From assembly GCA_002269645.1 (NCBI GenBank), contig NIVC01001931.1, forward strand, positions 1 through 64,000: a stretch of 64,000 bases of DNA. Reading direction: 5' to 3'. Of the stretch, positions 12,001 to 21,902 are shown piece by piece (the first letter of the stretch is position 1; each line of letters begins with the position of its first letter). Below the pieces are notes generated by a model, which was not told the origin of the DNA, searched no databases, and saw only the letters and a list, made by a program, of their open reading frames with translations. Source of the stretch: Macrostomum lignano (taxonomy: Eukaryota). Both the position numbers and the translations under genes were made by a program.

Positions 12001-15000
12001 ATCTGGGAATCTCCCCATGCCCCATCTGGGAATCTTCCCATGCCCCATCTGGGAATCTCCCCATGCCCCACCTGAGAATCTCCCCATGCCTCATCTGGGA
12101 ATCTCCCCATGCCACACCTGGGAATCTCCCTATGCCACACCTGGGAATCTCCCTATGCCACACCTGGGAATCTCCTCATGCTCTACCTGGGAATCTCCCC
12201 ATGCCCCCATGATTTTTGAGCAGACAAGGAGAACGGCCGGCCGAGCTTCCTACCAAGACCTCCACTGAGTTGTTGAGCCGGGCAGAGTTGGTGAGCAGCT
12301 CGCGGCTAAAGAATGGCGACAGTTCGACAGTCATCTGCAGCTTGATTCGCTCCTTGTTCTCCTGCACATACGGACAGGTGATGATCTCTCGGTAGATGTC
12401 GCAAATGTCCCGGACAGGCACTTGAACGCCTGGATATGGAGTTTCAGTACGAGATATGAAAGCCGCTGCGCGAGTGCTCAAAGGAGGGCACATCAGCTCG
12501 CTTACCCATGGAGTTGAAGGCGGACTTGGGCACGTCGATCCGCCACACTCTAGCGATCAGATCCAGGAAGCCGGCCGGCAGCTCGAACTTGGCCGAGCTG
12601 GACTGGCCTGGCCGCAGCTGCTGGTCTTTCTCCAGGCTGACGAAAATCACCAGGTGGTTCGGGCCGACCAAGACTCGATTCACGTCCGGATTGTAGCGGC
12701 CGGTGACGGTGAAAGCGCTGGCGTTGAATGCGCGCTGCAGCACTTCGTCCACCTTGTCAATCACCTGCTCATTTGTCAAGCCGTCCAGAGAGGACTTGGC
12801 AGCCAGGTCGGAGATGCTCAGCAAGACGGTGAACTTCCGGCGCGTGATGATGGTCAGATAGGGGCAATCTGCAAATGGGGGGCAAGCTCGGGTACTTTCA
12901 AATATTCGCAAGAGGGCTGCGGCACCCTTGCGAAACGCCTTCCGCGACATCAGAAACCAGTGGCGAGGCAACTCTGCTCATTCCTCTGACTCCTGAGCAC
13001 ATGAATTACTTGAAGGGCACCAACACTGTACGCAGGCACGCATTCATACACGCGCTCACACAGGGTGCACAGCGGCCCTGACTTTTTAATCGTCAAGCAT
13101 GTTTATCGCCGTCATATTCTGCCGCTAGTCCCGGGAGTTCGTACTCAATTGTTTCTGAGAACATTTTTGTGTGAGGCACAAATCCGAGCAAAAACTCACT
13201 GAGATTTTGGCCGACCTCCGCTTCCGACCGCGTGACCGGTGCATCGTCCGGTGCAGGTGGAAGGACGCTGTCCGGGCCAGCTGGCGATCCCGGCGAGAGA
13301 GCGGTCCCATCGGCTCCGCCAGAAAATGGATCCCGGGGGCACCGGCTGGCGAAGCGTCTGGTGCACTGACGGGCGAATCTTCAGGGGGGCGAGGTGGGCC
13401 AAACGGATCAGAAGGTGGACCGGCTGGCTGATCGACAGGTGGACCGGCTGGTTGATCGACAGGTGGACCGGCCGGTTGATCGACAGGTGGACCGGCCGGT
13501 TGATCGACAGGTGGACCGGCCGGTTGATCGACAGGTGGACCGGCTGGCTGATCGACAGGTGGACCGGCTGGTTGATCGACAGGTGGACCGGCTGGCTGAT
13601 CGACAGGTGGACCGGCTGGTTGATCGACAGGTGGACCGGCTGGTTGATCGACAGGTGGACCGGCCGGTTGATCGACAGGTGGACCGGCCGGTTGATCGAC
13701 AGGTGGACCGGCCGGTTGATCGACAGGTGGACCGGCTGGCTGATCGACAGGTGGACCGGCCGGTTGATCGACAGGTGGACCGGCTGGTCGATCGACAGGT
13801 GAACCTGCTGGCTGATCGACAGGTGGACCGTCAAGCAGGCTGTCCGCTGAACCACCTCGTCCTCCTCCAGTTGGGCCGTCAAGCGAGCTGCCCGCTGAAC
13901 CTCCACGTCCTCCAGTTGGGCCGTCAAGCGAGCTGCCCGCTGAACCTTCTCGTCCTCCAGTTGGGCCGTCAAGCGAGCTGCCCGCTGAACCTTCTCGTCC
14001 TCCTCCAGTTGGGCCGTCAAGCGAGCTGCCCGCTGAACCTCCTCGTACCCTCCTCCAGTTGGGCCGTCAAGCGAGCTGCCCGCTGAACCTTCTCGTCCTC
14101 CTCCAGTTGGGCCGTCAAGCGAGCTGCCCGCTGAACCTCCTCGTCCTCCTCCAGTTGGGCCGTCAAGCGAGCTGCCCGCTGAACCTCCTCGTCCTCCTCC
14201 AGTTGGGCCGTCAAGCGAGCTGCCCGCTGAACCTTCTCGTCCTCCAGTTGGGCCGTCAAGCGAGCTGCCCGCTGAACCTCCTCGTCCTCCTCCAGTTGGG
14301 CCGTCAAGCAAGCTGCCCGCTGAACCTCCACGTCCTCCAGTTGGGCCGTCAAGCGAGCTGCCCGCTGAACCTCCTCGTCCTCCTCCAGTTGGGCCGTCAA
14401 GCGAGCTGCCCGCTGAACCTCCTCGTCCTCCTCCAGTTGGGCCGTCAAGCGAGCTGCCCGCTGAACCTTCTCGTCCTCCAGTTGGGCCGTCAAGCGAGCT
14501 GCCCGCTGAACCTCCTCGTCCTCCTCCAGTTGGGCCGTCAAGCAAGCTGCCCGCTGAACCTCCACGTCCTCCAGTTGGGCCGTCAAGCGAGCTGCCCGCT
14601 GAACCTCCTCGTCCTCCTCCAGTTGGGCCGTCAAGCGAGCTGCCCGCTGAACCTCCACGTCCTCCTCCAGTTGGGCCGTCAAGCGAGCTGCCCGCTGAAC
14701 CTTCTCGTCCTCCAGTTGGGCCGTCAAGCGAGCTGCCCGCTGAACCTCCTCGTCCTCCTCCAGTTGGGCCGTCAAGCAAGCTGCCCGCTGAACCTCCACG
14801 TCCTCCAGTTGGGCCGTCAAGCGAGCTGCCCGCTGAACCTTCTCGTCCTCCAGTTGGGCCGTCAAGCGAGCTGCCCGCTGAACCTCCTCGTCCTCCTCCA
14901 GTTGGGCCGTCAAGCAAGCTGCCCGCTGAACCTCCACGTCCTCCAGTTGGGCCGTCAAGCGAGCTGCCCGCTGAACCTCCTCGTCCTCCTCCAGTTGGGC

Positions 15001-18000
15001 CGTCAAGCGAGCTGCCCGCTGAACCTCCTCGTCCTCCTCCAGTTGGGCCGTCAAGCGAGCTGCCCGCTGAACCTTCTCGTCCTCCAGTTGGGCCGTCAAG
15101 CGAGCTGCCCGCTGAACCTCCTCGTCCTCCTCCAGTTGGGCCGTCAAGCAAGCTGCCCGCTGAACCTCCACGTCCTCCAGTTGGGCCGTCAAGCGAGCTG
15201 CCCGCTGAACCTTCTCGTCCTCCAGTTGGGCCGTCAAGCGAGCTGCCCGCTGAACCTCCTCGTCCTCCTCCAGTTGGGCCGTCAAGCGAGCTGCCCGCTG
15301 AACCTTCTCGTCCTCCAGTTGGGCCGTCAAGCGAGCTGCCCGCTGAACCTCCTCGTCCTCCTCCAGTTGGGCCGTCAAGCAAGCTGCCCGCTGAATTTTC
15401 TCGTCCTCCGCCAGAGTCGTCATTGAGTTGTCTCTTCGCCCTGGCAAGCCGCCGCTGCCGGTGTTGAGCCACAGCTCCATCGCTGTTGCCGGGGCGAGAC
15501 GAGCAGCTCAGGCCGGATTCGCGCCGAACCCGCCGGTGCAGGTACAGAGCCGACAGGCTGTCGTCAAGCAGAAAGTTTTCAGCGCCCGAGGCGTTGCCGA
15601 TCTGGCAAAAAAATCGGATAGTGCGTGAGAAGTTAAAAGTACAAATGAAATTCGAAATCGATTGCAAAAAGTAGCACCTCTAACAGCCGGTTCAGTGAGA
15701 CCTTGAAGTCCAGGTTGAATATACGGTAGAGGTCGACACCTGGATAGCGAATGGGGTGGTAATTTGTAAATCAGTCAATTTCTACCAAAATTTAACATTC
15801 AAAATAAAAGATATTCAGCTTACATTTGCTGTTTTGAGCAGTAAACTTGAGCAGAGCGAAGTTCTCGCTGTTAACTGCAATCGGCGAGTTCTCAATTAGT
15901 ATTATTCAACCATTGATGAGTAATTAAAAACTTTCTAGCAGTCTAAAATACCTTTGAGCAGTACCGAAGCGCTGGCAGGCTTCAGTCTGTCGGCCAGGTA
16001 ATTAACAATCAGCCGTGGCGAGGTAATTACCGCCGACATTAGCAGAGCCCGGCTCGGATGGCTTTGGCTTGCCGTCCTGTGCAGAAATGAAATATCACAT
16101 GGGGAAGGGGTGCACTCAAAGACCTTTAGAAGTAGATGGCCGGGCACAGTTCAGTGCCGGGAACGAGTTTGATGGCTGAGAACACTGCCGAGATAGCGCT
16201 TGAGGATTGTGCCTTATCCTTTCGAGCTTAACCGGACCAGTTTTCGAATATTTTCAATTTGATGCGACAATGCAGAGAAATAAAGAATTTGTGTCTAGTC
16301 CACCTATTTCTAGTTTTAGTGGTCCTCGGCTCATTGAAAGCTCAGAGTTTAATTACATTTACGGATAGCAACCCAGTTTCGGATTACCTTGGCCTGATTT
16401 TAATATATGAAAAATCTGACAAAATGGAACTGCCGTAATTAAAGAGCCGATACTCAAAGAGACGGAAATCAGAGGTGTATAACAAGGATGATATGTACGG
16501 CAGTGTTCCTATCATGATGAATTCTGCACTTTTATACAGTGGGTGCCATTTTGATGAGATAGGTGCCACTTTAATAGACTGGTTGCCACTGTAATAGAAT
16601 GGGTGCCACTTTATTAGACTGGGTGCCACTTTAATGGAATTGGTGCCACTTTAATAGACTGGGTGCCACTTTAATAGACTGGGTGCCACTTTAATAGACT
16701 GGGTGCCACTTTATTAGACTGGGTGCCATTTTAATAGAATGGGTGCCACTTTAATAGAATGAGTGCCACTTTAATAGAATGGGTGCCGCTGTAATAGAAT
16801 GGGTGCCAGTTTGATAGAATGGGTGCCAGTTTGATAGAATGGGTGCCAGTTTGATAGAATGGGTGCCAGTTTAATAGAATGGGTGCCAGTTTGATAGAAT
16901 GGGTGCCACTTTATTAGACTGGGTGCCAGTTTGATAGAATGGGTGCCAGTTTAATAGAATGGGTGCCAGTTTGATAGAATGGGTGCCAGTTTGATAGAAT
17001 GGGTGCCAGTTTGATAGAATGGGTGCCAGTTTAATAGAATGGGTGCCAGTTTGATAGAATGGGTGCCAGTTTGATAAAATGGGTGCCAGTTTAATAGAAT
17101 GGGTGCCAGTTTGATAGAATGGGTGCCAGTTTGATAGAATGGGTGCCAGTTTAATAGAATGGGTGCCAGTTTAATAGAATGGGTGCCAGTTTAATAGAAT
17201 GGGTGCCAGTTTAATAGAATGGGTGCCAGTTTGATAGAATGGGTGCCAGTTTAATAGAATGGGTGCCACTTTATTAGACTGGGTGCCAGTTTGATAGAAT
17301 GGGTGCCAGTTTAATAGAATGGGTGCCAGTTTAATAGAATGGGTGCCAGTTTAATAGAATGGGTGCCAGTTTAATAGAATGGGTGCCAGTTTAATAGAAT
17401 GGGTGCTAGTTTGATAGAATGGGTGCCAGTTTGATAGAATGGGTGCCAGTTTGATAGAATGGGTGCCAGTTTGATAGAATGGGTGCCAGTTTGATAGAAT
17501 GGGTGCCAGTTTGATAGAATGGGTGCCAGTTTGATAGAATGGGTGCCAGTTTGATAGAATGGGTGCCAGTTTAATAGAATGGGTGCCAGTTTGATAGAAT
17601 GGGTGCCAGTTTAATAGAATGGGTGCCAGTTTGATAGAATGGGTGCCAGTTTGATAGAATGGGTGCCAGTTTGATAGAATGGGTGCCAGTTTGATAGAAT
17701 GGGTGCCAGTTTAATAGAATGGGTGCCAGTTTAATAGAATGGGTGCCAATTTGATAGAATGGGTGCCAGTTTAATAGAATGGGTGCCAGTTTGATAGAAT
17801 GGGTGCCAGTTTGATAGAATAGGTGCCAGTTTAATAGAATGGGTGCCAGTTTGATAGAATGGGTGCCAGTTTGATAGAATGGGTGCCACTTTATTAGAAT
17901 GGGTGCCAGTTTGATAGAATGGGTGCCAGTTTGATAGAATGGGTGCCAGTTTGATAGAATGGGTGCCAGTTTGATAGAATGGGTGCCAGTTTAATAGAAT

Positions 18001-21000
18001 GGGTGCCAGTTTGATAGAATGGGTGCCAGTTTAATAGACTGGGTGCCAGTTTAATAGAATGGGTGCCAGTTTGATAGAATGGGTGCCAGTTTGATAGAAT
18101 GGGTGCCAGTTTAATAGAATGGGTGCCAGTTTGATAGAATGGGTGCCAGTTTGATAGAATGGGTGCCAGTTTGATAGAATGGGTGCCAGTTTGATAGAAT
18201 GGGTGCCAGTTTGATAGAATGGGTGCCAGTTTAATAGACTGGGTGCCAGTTTGATAGAATGGGTGCCAGTTTGATAGAATGGGTGCCAGTTTGATAGAAT
18301 GGGTGCCAGTTTGATAGAATGGGTGCCAGTTTGATAGAATGGGTGCCAGTTTAATAGACTGGGTGCCAGTTTAATAGAATGGGTGCCAGTTTGATAGAAT
18401 GGGTGCCAGTTTGATAGAATGGGTGCCAGTTTGATAGAATGGGTGCCAATGTAAAAGGATAGGGCCACTTTATTAGAATGGGTGCCAGTTTGATAGAATG
18501 GGTGCCAGTTTGATAGAATGGGTGCCAGTTTGATAGAATGGGTGCCAATGTAAAAGGATAGGGCCACTTTATTAGAATGGGTGCCAGTTTGATAGAATGG
18601 GTGCCAGTTTGATAGAATGGGTGCCAGTTTGATAGAATGGGTGCCAGTTTGATAGAATGGGTGCCAGTTTGATAGAATGGGTGCCAGTTTGATAGAATGG
18701 GTGCCAGTTTGATAGAATGGGTGCCAGTTTGATAGAATGGGTGCCAGTTTGATAGAATGGGTGCCAGTTTAATAGAATGGGTGCCAGTTTAATAGAATGG
18801 GTGCCAGTTTGATAGAATGGGTGCCAGTTTGATAGAATGGGTGCCAGTTTGATAGAATGGGTGCCAGTTTGATAGAATGGGTGCCAGTTTGATAGAATGG
18901 GTGCCAATGTAAAAGGATAGGGCCACTTTATTAGAATGGGTGCCAGTTTGATAGAATGGGTGCCAGTTTGATAGAATGGGTGCCAGTTTGATAGAATGGG
19001 TGCCAATGTAAAAGGATAGGGCCACTTTATTAGAATGGGTGCCAGTTTGATAGAATGGGTGCCAGTTTGATAGAATGGGTGCCAGTTTGATAGAATGGGT
19101 GCCAGTTTGATAGAATGGGTGCCAGTTTGATAGAATGGGTGCCAGTTTGATAGAATGGGTGCCAGTTTGATAGAATGGGTGCCAGTTTAATAGAATGGGT
19201 GCCAGTTTGATAGAATGGGTGCCAGTTTGATAGAATGGGTGCCAGTTTGATAGAATGGGTGCCAGTTTGATAGAATGGGTGCCAGTTTAATAGACTGGGT
19301 GCCAGTTTAATAGAATGGGTGCCAGTTTGATAGAATGGGTGCCAGTTTGATAGAATGGGTGCCAGTTTAATAGACTGGGTGCCAGTTTAATAGAATGGGT
19401 GCCAGTTTGATAGAATGGGTGCCAGTTTGATAGAATGGGTGCCAGTTTGATAGAATGGGTGCCAGTTTGATAGAATGGGTGCCAGTTTAATAGACTGGGT
19501 GCCAGTTTAATAGAATGGGTGCCAGTTTGATAGAATGGGTGCCAATTTAATAGACTGGGTGCCAGTTTAATAGAATGGGTGCCAGTTTAATAGAATGGGT
19601 GCCAGTTTGATAGAATGGGTGCCAGTTTGATAGAATGGGTGCCAGTTTGATAGAATGGGTGCCAGTTTGATAGAATGGGTGCCAGTTTGATAGAATGGGT
19701 GCCAGTTTGATAGAATGGGTGCCAGTTTGATAGAATGGGTGCCAATGTAAAAGGATAGGGCCACTTTATTAGAATGGGTGCCAGTTTGATAGAATGGGTG
19801 CCAGTTTGATAGAAGAATGGGTGCCAGTTTGATAGAATGGGTGCCAATGTAAAAGGATAGGGCCACTTTATTAGAATGGGTGCCAGTTTGATAGAATGGG
19901 TGCCAGTTTGATAGAATGGGTGCCAGTTTGATAGAATGGGTGCCAGTTTGATAGAATGGGTGCCAGTTTGATAGAATGGGTGCCAATGTAAAAGGATAGG
20001 GCCACTTTATTAGAATGGGTGCCAGTTTGATAGAATGGGTGCCAGTTTGATAGAATGGGTGCCAGTTTGATAGAATGGGTGCCAGTTTGATAGAATGGGT
20101 GCCAGTTTGATAGAATGGGTGCCAGTTTGATAGAATGGGTGCCAGTTTGATAGAATGGGTGCCATGGAGAACATGTGACAAATGTAATTTCTTTTCTATG
20201 TGCTCTTTTTCAGACCCAGGCACACAGAGAAATACAAAAAATTCAAGTCAAGTTCACAGACACTCACAGCTGCGAGTCTGAGCATTCCATGATGGAGACC
20301 CTAGCGTCGCTTCTCAATGCGAGCTGAGTGCAGCCGGTCGCGGAACCCCTGGGCGTCCACCATAGCTCGAACAGAACGAACCGAAAGCCTTCAAGGTAGG
20401 TCTCCTCGGGACTCCACGACTCCATGTCGAACTGAGAGATTATTAATTGCGAACCGGGTTTTAGCTGGATTCATTTTACGAACGTTGACGGAAAGTATTT
20501 TCAAAAAGATTTCGTAAAAAACACATACGAGGAGAAGTTCGCTGTCAGCGAGGCCGTATTTGGACACCTTTGCTTCCGGGATTGACACAATGGCAGCTTT
20601 AAAGCAAAAGAGAAGAGGGAACAGGTGTTAACTGCGGTGCCCACTACTGAGCTATAGTCCAACCTCTACACCCACAACTACTCTGCACCCGCACCCGCAC
20701 CCACACTACACCCGCACCCACCCTCTACACCCACTACCCTCCATTCCTGCACCCACACACTCAAACTCTACACCCGCACCCAGACCCAGCCTCTACACAG
20801 AAACCCACCCTCTACACCGCACTCAGTCTACGCCCACACCTACCCTCTCAGTCTCACTTCGTATTTCCAACATTTACTTCCCATACATAACTTCTGCATC
20901 CCATACGGCATGCCGATACAATCTGCATTTCAAAAAACTTAATCTCTACATTGCATACCCAACTTAAACATCCAGTACCCCCGCCATGTTCTTGTCACCC

Positions 21001-21101
21001 AATACAAAATACGACATGGTACGAAATGAGAAATTCGCCAGTAGATGGACAATTAACTTACCTGCCAGCAGAAGCCATAAGCAGCACCTCTGAGCGCCCA
21101 T
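94..21101 (-). CDS. Large multi-exon gene for an uncharacterised secreted/extracellular modular protein (3' end beyond the window start); six apparent -1 frame breaks
   Basis: Manually spliced exons (minus strand): 21101-21062 (MGAQRCCLWLLLA), 20596-20529, 20431-20268, 16076-15952, 15739-15678, 15601-13200, 12868-12506, 12429-12254, 10792-10540, 8793-8558, 6764-6583, 5191-4936, 4588-4199, 3801-3367, 2975-2535, 1654-1352, 1102-792, about 318-94. All have GT/AG ends. Intron phases match at every junction except 13200 to 12868, which is unresolved (a small exon near 13010-13080 may be missing). The N-terminus MGAQRCCLWLLLAAAIVSIPEA is signal-peptide-like. About 6.4 kb of coding sequence lies in the window. 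Confidence 0.8.
1691..1860. repeat. 20-bp intronic minisatellite (TGACTGCTGCTTGATCTACC)
   Basis: About 8 tandem copies visible. Confidence 0.9.
3062..3330. repeat. Adjacent 23-bp and 21-bp intronic minisatellites
   Basis: GTGATTTGTAAATTTGTGACCAG about 3 copies, then GTGATTGGGTTTCTCATTCCG about 9 copies. Confidence 0.9.
4620..4860. repeat. Degenerate purine-rich AGGTGGGA(C) intronic repeat
   Basis: Repeated aggtggga/acaggtgg words fill the intron. Confidence 0.75.
5237..5885. repeat. 26-bp intronic minisatellite (CTAGAGTGGTGCTGGTGCAGGGGTA[G/T])
   Basis: About 25 tandem copies. Confidence 0.92.
6955..8450. repeat. 1.5 kb purine-rich intronic array (GGGAAGAGGCGGGA, 11-14 bp units)
   Basis: Almost T-free on the + strand. 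Source of the spurious P/S- and R/G/E-rich ORFs. Confidence 0.95.
9055..9225. repeat. 17-bp intronic minisatellite (GACTGGTTGACCCAGGT)
   Basis: About 9 tandem copies. Confidence 0.9.
9745..10445. repeat. 41-bp intronic minisatellite interrupted by a MITE
   Basis: TTAGAAAATACCTGCAGATGGGCAGTTCCTACCTGTTAGAA units on both sides of 9995-10288. Confidence 0.9.
9995..10288. mobile_element. 294-bp MITE (CCC termini, 2-bp TSD; CMC-like) inserted in a 41-bp minisatellite
   Basis: TIR CCCGACCGGAAATAATTGTTCTTT against the reverse complement CCCGACCGAAAATATTTGTCCTTT. TSD AT. Neighbouring repeat units show the empty site. Confidence 0.75.
10905..12210. repeat. 23-bp intronic minisatellite (TGGGAATCTCCCCATGCCCCACC)
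   Basis: About 56 copies. Stop-poor, so it generates many overlapping artefact ORFs. Confidence 0.95.
13200..15601 (-). CDS. 2.4 kb repeat-encoding exon of the large gene: RRVRR/RAKR, then (GGGRGGSAGSSLDGPT)n, then (GPPVDQPA)n, then RGRKRR
   Basis: Acceptor ttttttgccag at 15602-3 and donor gtgagt at 13199. Unique coding flanks run in frame into a 45/48-bp repeat (about 13830-15410) and a 24-bp repeat (about 13420-13830). One frame break at about 14047. Confidence 0.75.
16530..20165. repeat. 3.6 kb 20-bp intronic satellite (GGGTGCCAGTTTGATAGAAT)
   Basis: About 180 copies, degenerate at the left edge, with recurring 39-bp variant blocks. Confidence 0.97.
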
Positions 21102-21133
21102 CGGTGTGGGCGAATAAACTTGCAAAGTTAGTA
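21102..21133 (-). promoter_or_regulatory. Branch-point consensus TACTAAC plus AG acceptor 17 nt before the ATG of the large gene
   Basis: The minus strand reads TTTACTAACTTTGCAAG|TTTATTCGCCCACACCG ATG. Confidence 0.45.
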
Positions 21134-21510
21134 AATTGGCTTGTTTTTTCTGCGCTTTTGTTGGTTTGTAGTTTTATTGCAGTTGACAATTTTTTTCTCG
21201 TCAATGCGCTTAGAGAATCGGCCTTCAGTGAATGAAATGTGGCTCAGGAGACGGGAGAGTAGCAAAGAAACATTAGCTGGGCCGGACTTCAAATACGCGC
21301 AGGGGTCAGCTTGCTGAGAAACACCCCTATAGAATAGAAAAACCCTAAGCTTGGTGGAGCGGCGATTATAGGCGATCGATAAAAGAAGGAATGGGAGAGA
21401 GGGTGAGGGGCGCCTGCTGGCTGGTTGTGGGTGGGGGGTTGGGGTTGATTGGTTCAGAAAATGGCCTGGCGTCAGCCGAGATCCGATTGGCTGGCGGGCC
21501 AGATAAGCCT

Positions 21511-21902
21511 TAGGCCCATAGATAAAGTATACCATAGATTCCACCCCTACCCCCGCGGAGTGTCTAAATTGTGACCATCACTTTATTCACTGCGCTCCTA
21601 TTGGCTGGGCCACGCTATGCACATTGAGTCCACGTGTGTACATTCCCCCAACTCCGCTTTTCTATTATCTCCGCTTTAACTGTTGAAACTGGTAAGACAT
21701 CCTTTCGTTCCGCGCATTAAAGTTATAAAGCTTTCTTGTGTGGAAGGGGTGAGGGAATGAAATCGAAGGTGTTGAAAGGAAGGCTTTCGCGCCAGCCAAT
21801 GAGAGCACGGTGAGTTTTATGGTGGTCAAAGTTTGGACACGAGCGTGTGTACATTCTGGGCAGGGGTGGAATCTATGTATACTTTATCTATGCTTAGGCC
21901 TA
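21511..21902. mobile_element. Foldback/MITE-like element with imperfect inverted arms of about 100 bp
   Basis: CATAGATAAAGTATACCATAGATTCCACCCCT...ATTGGCTGG is mirrored by CCAGCCAAT...AGGGGTGGAATCTATGTATACTTTATCTATG. No clear TSD. Confidence 0.55.

Noticed and set aside
10883-12268. Many overlapping 260-460 aa ORFs (MPHLGISPCPTWES...)
   Set aside because: The 23-bp unit cycles through all frames, and the array sits in the intron between exons 12254 and 10792.
94-14050. Programmed ribosomal frameshifting or RNA editing as the explanation for the six frame breaks
   Set aside because: No shared slippery heptamer or common context at the sites. Sequencing error or decay is far more parsimonious.
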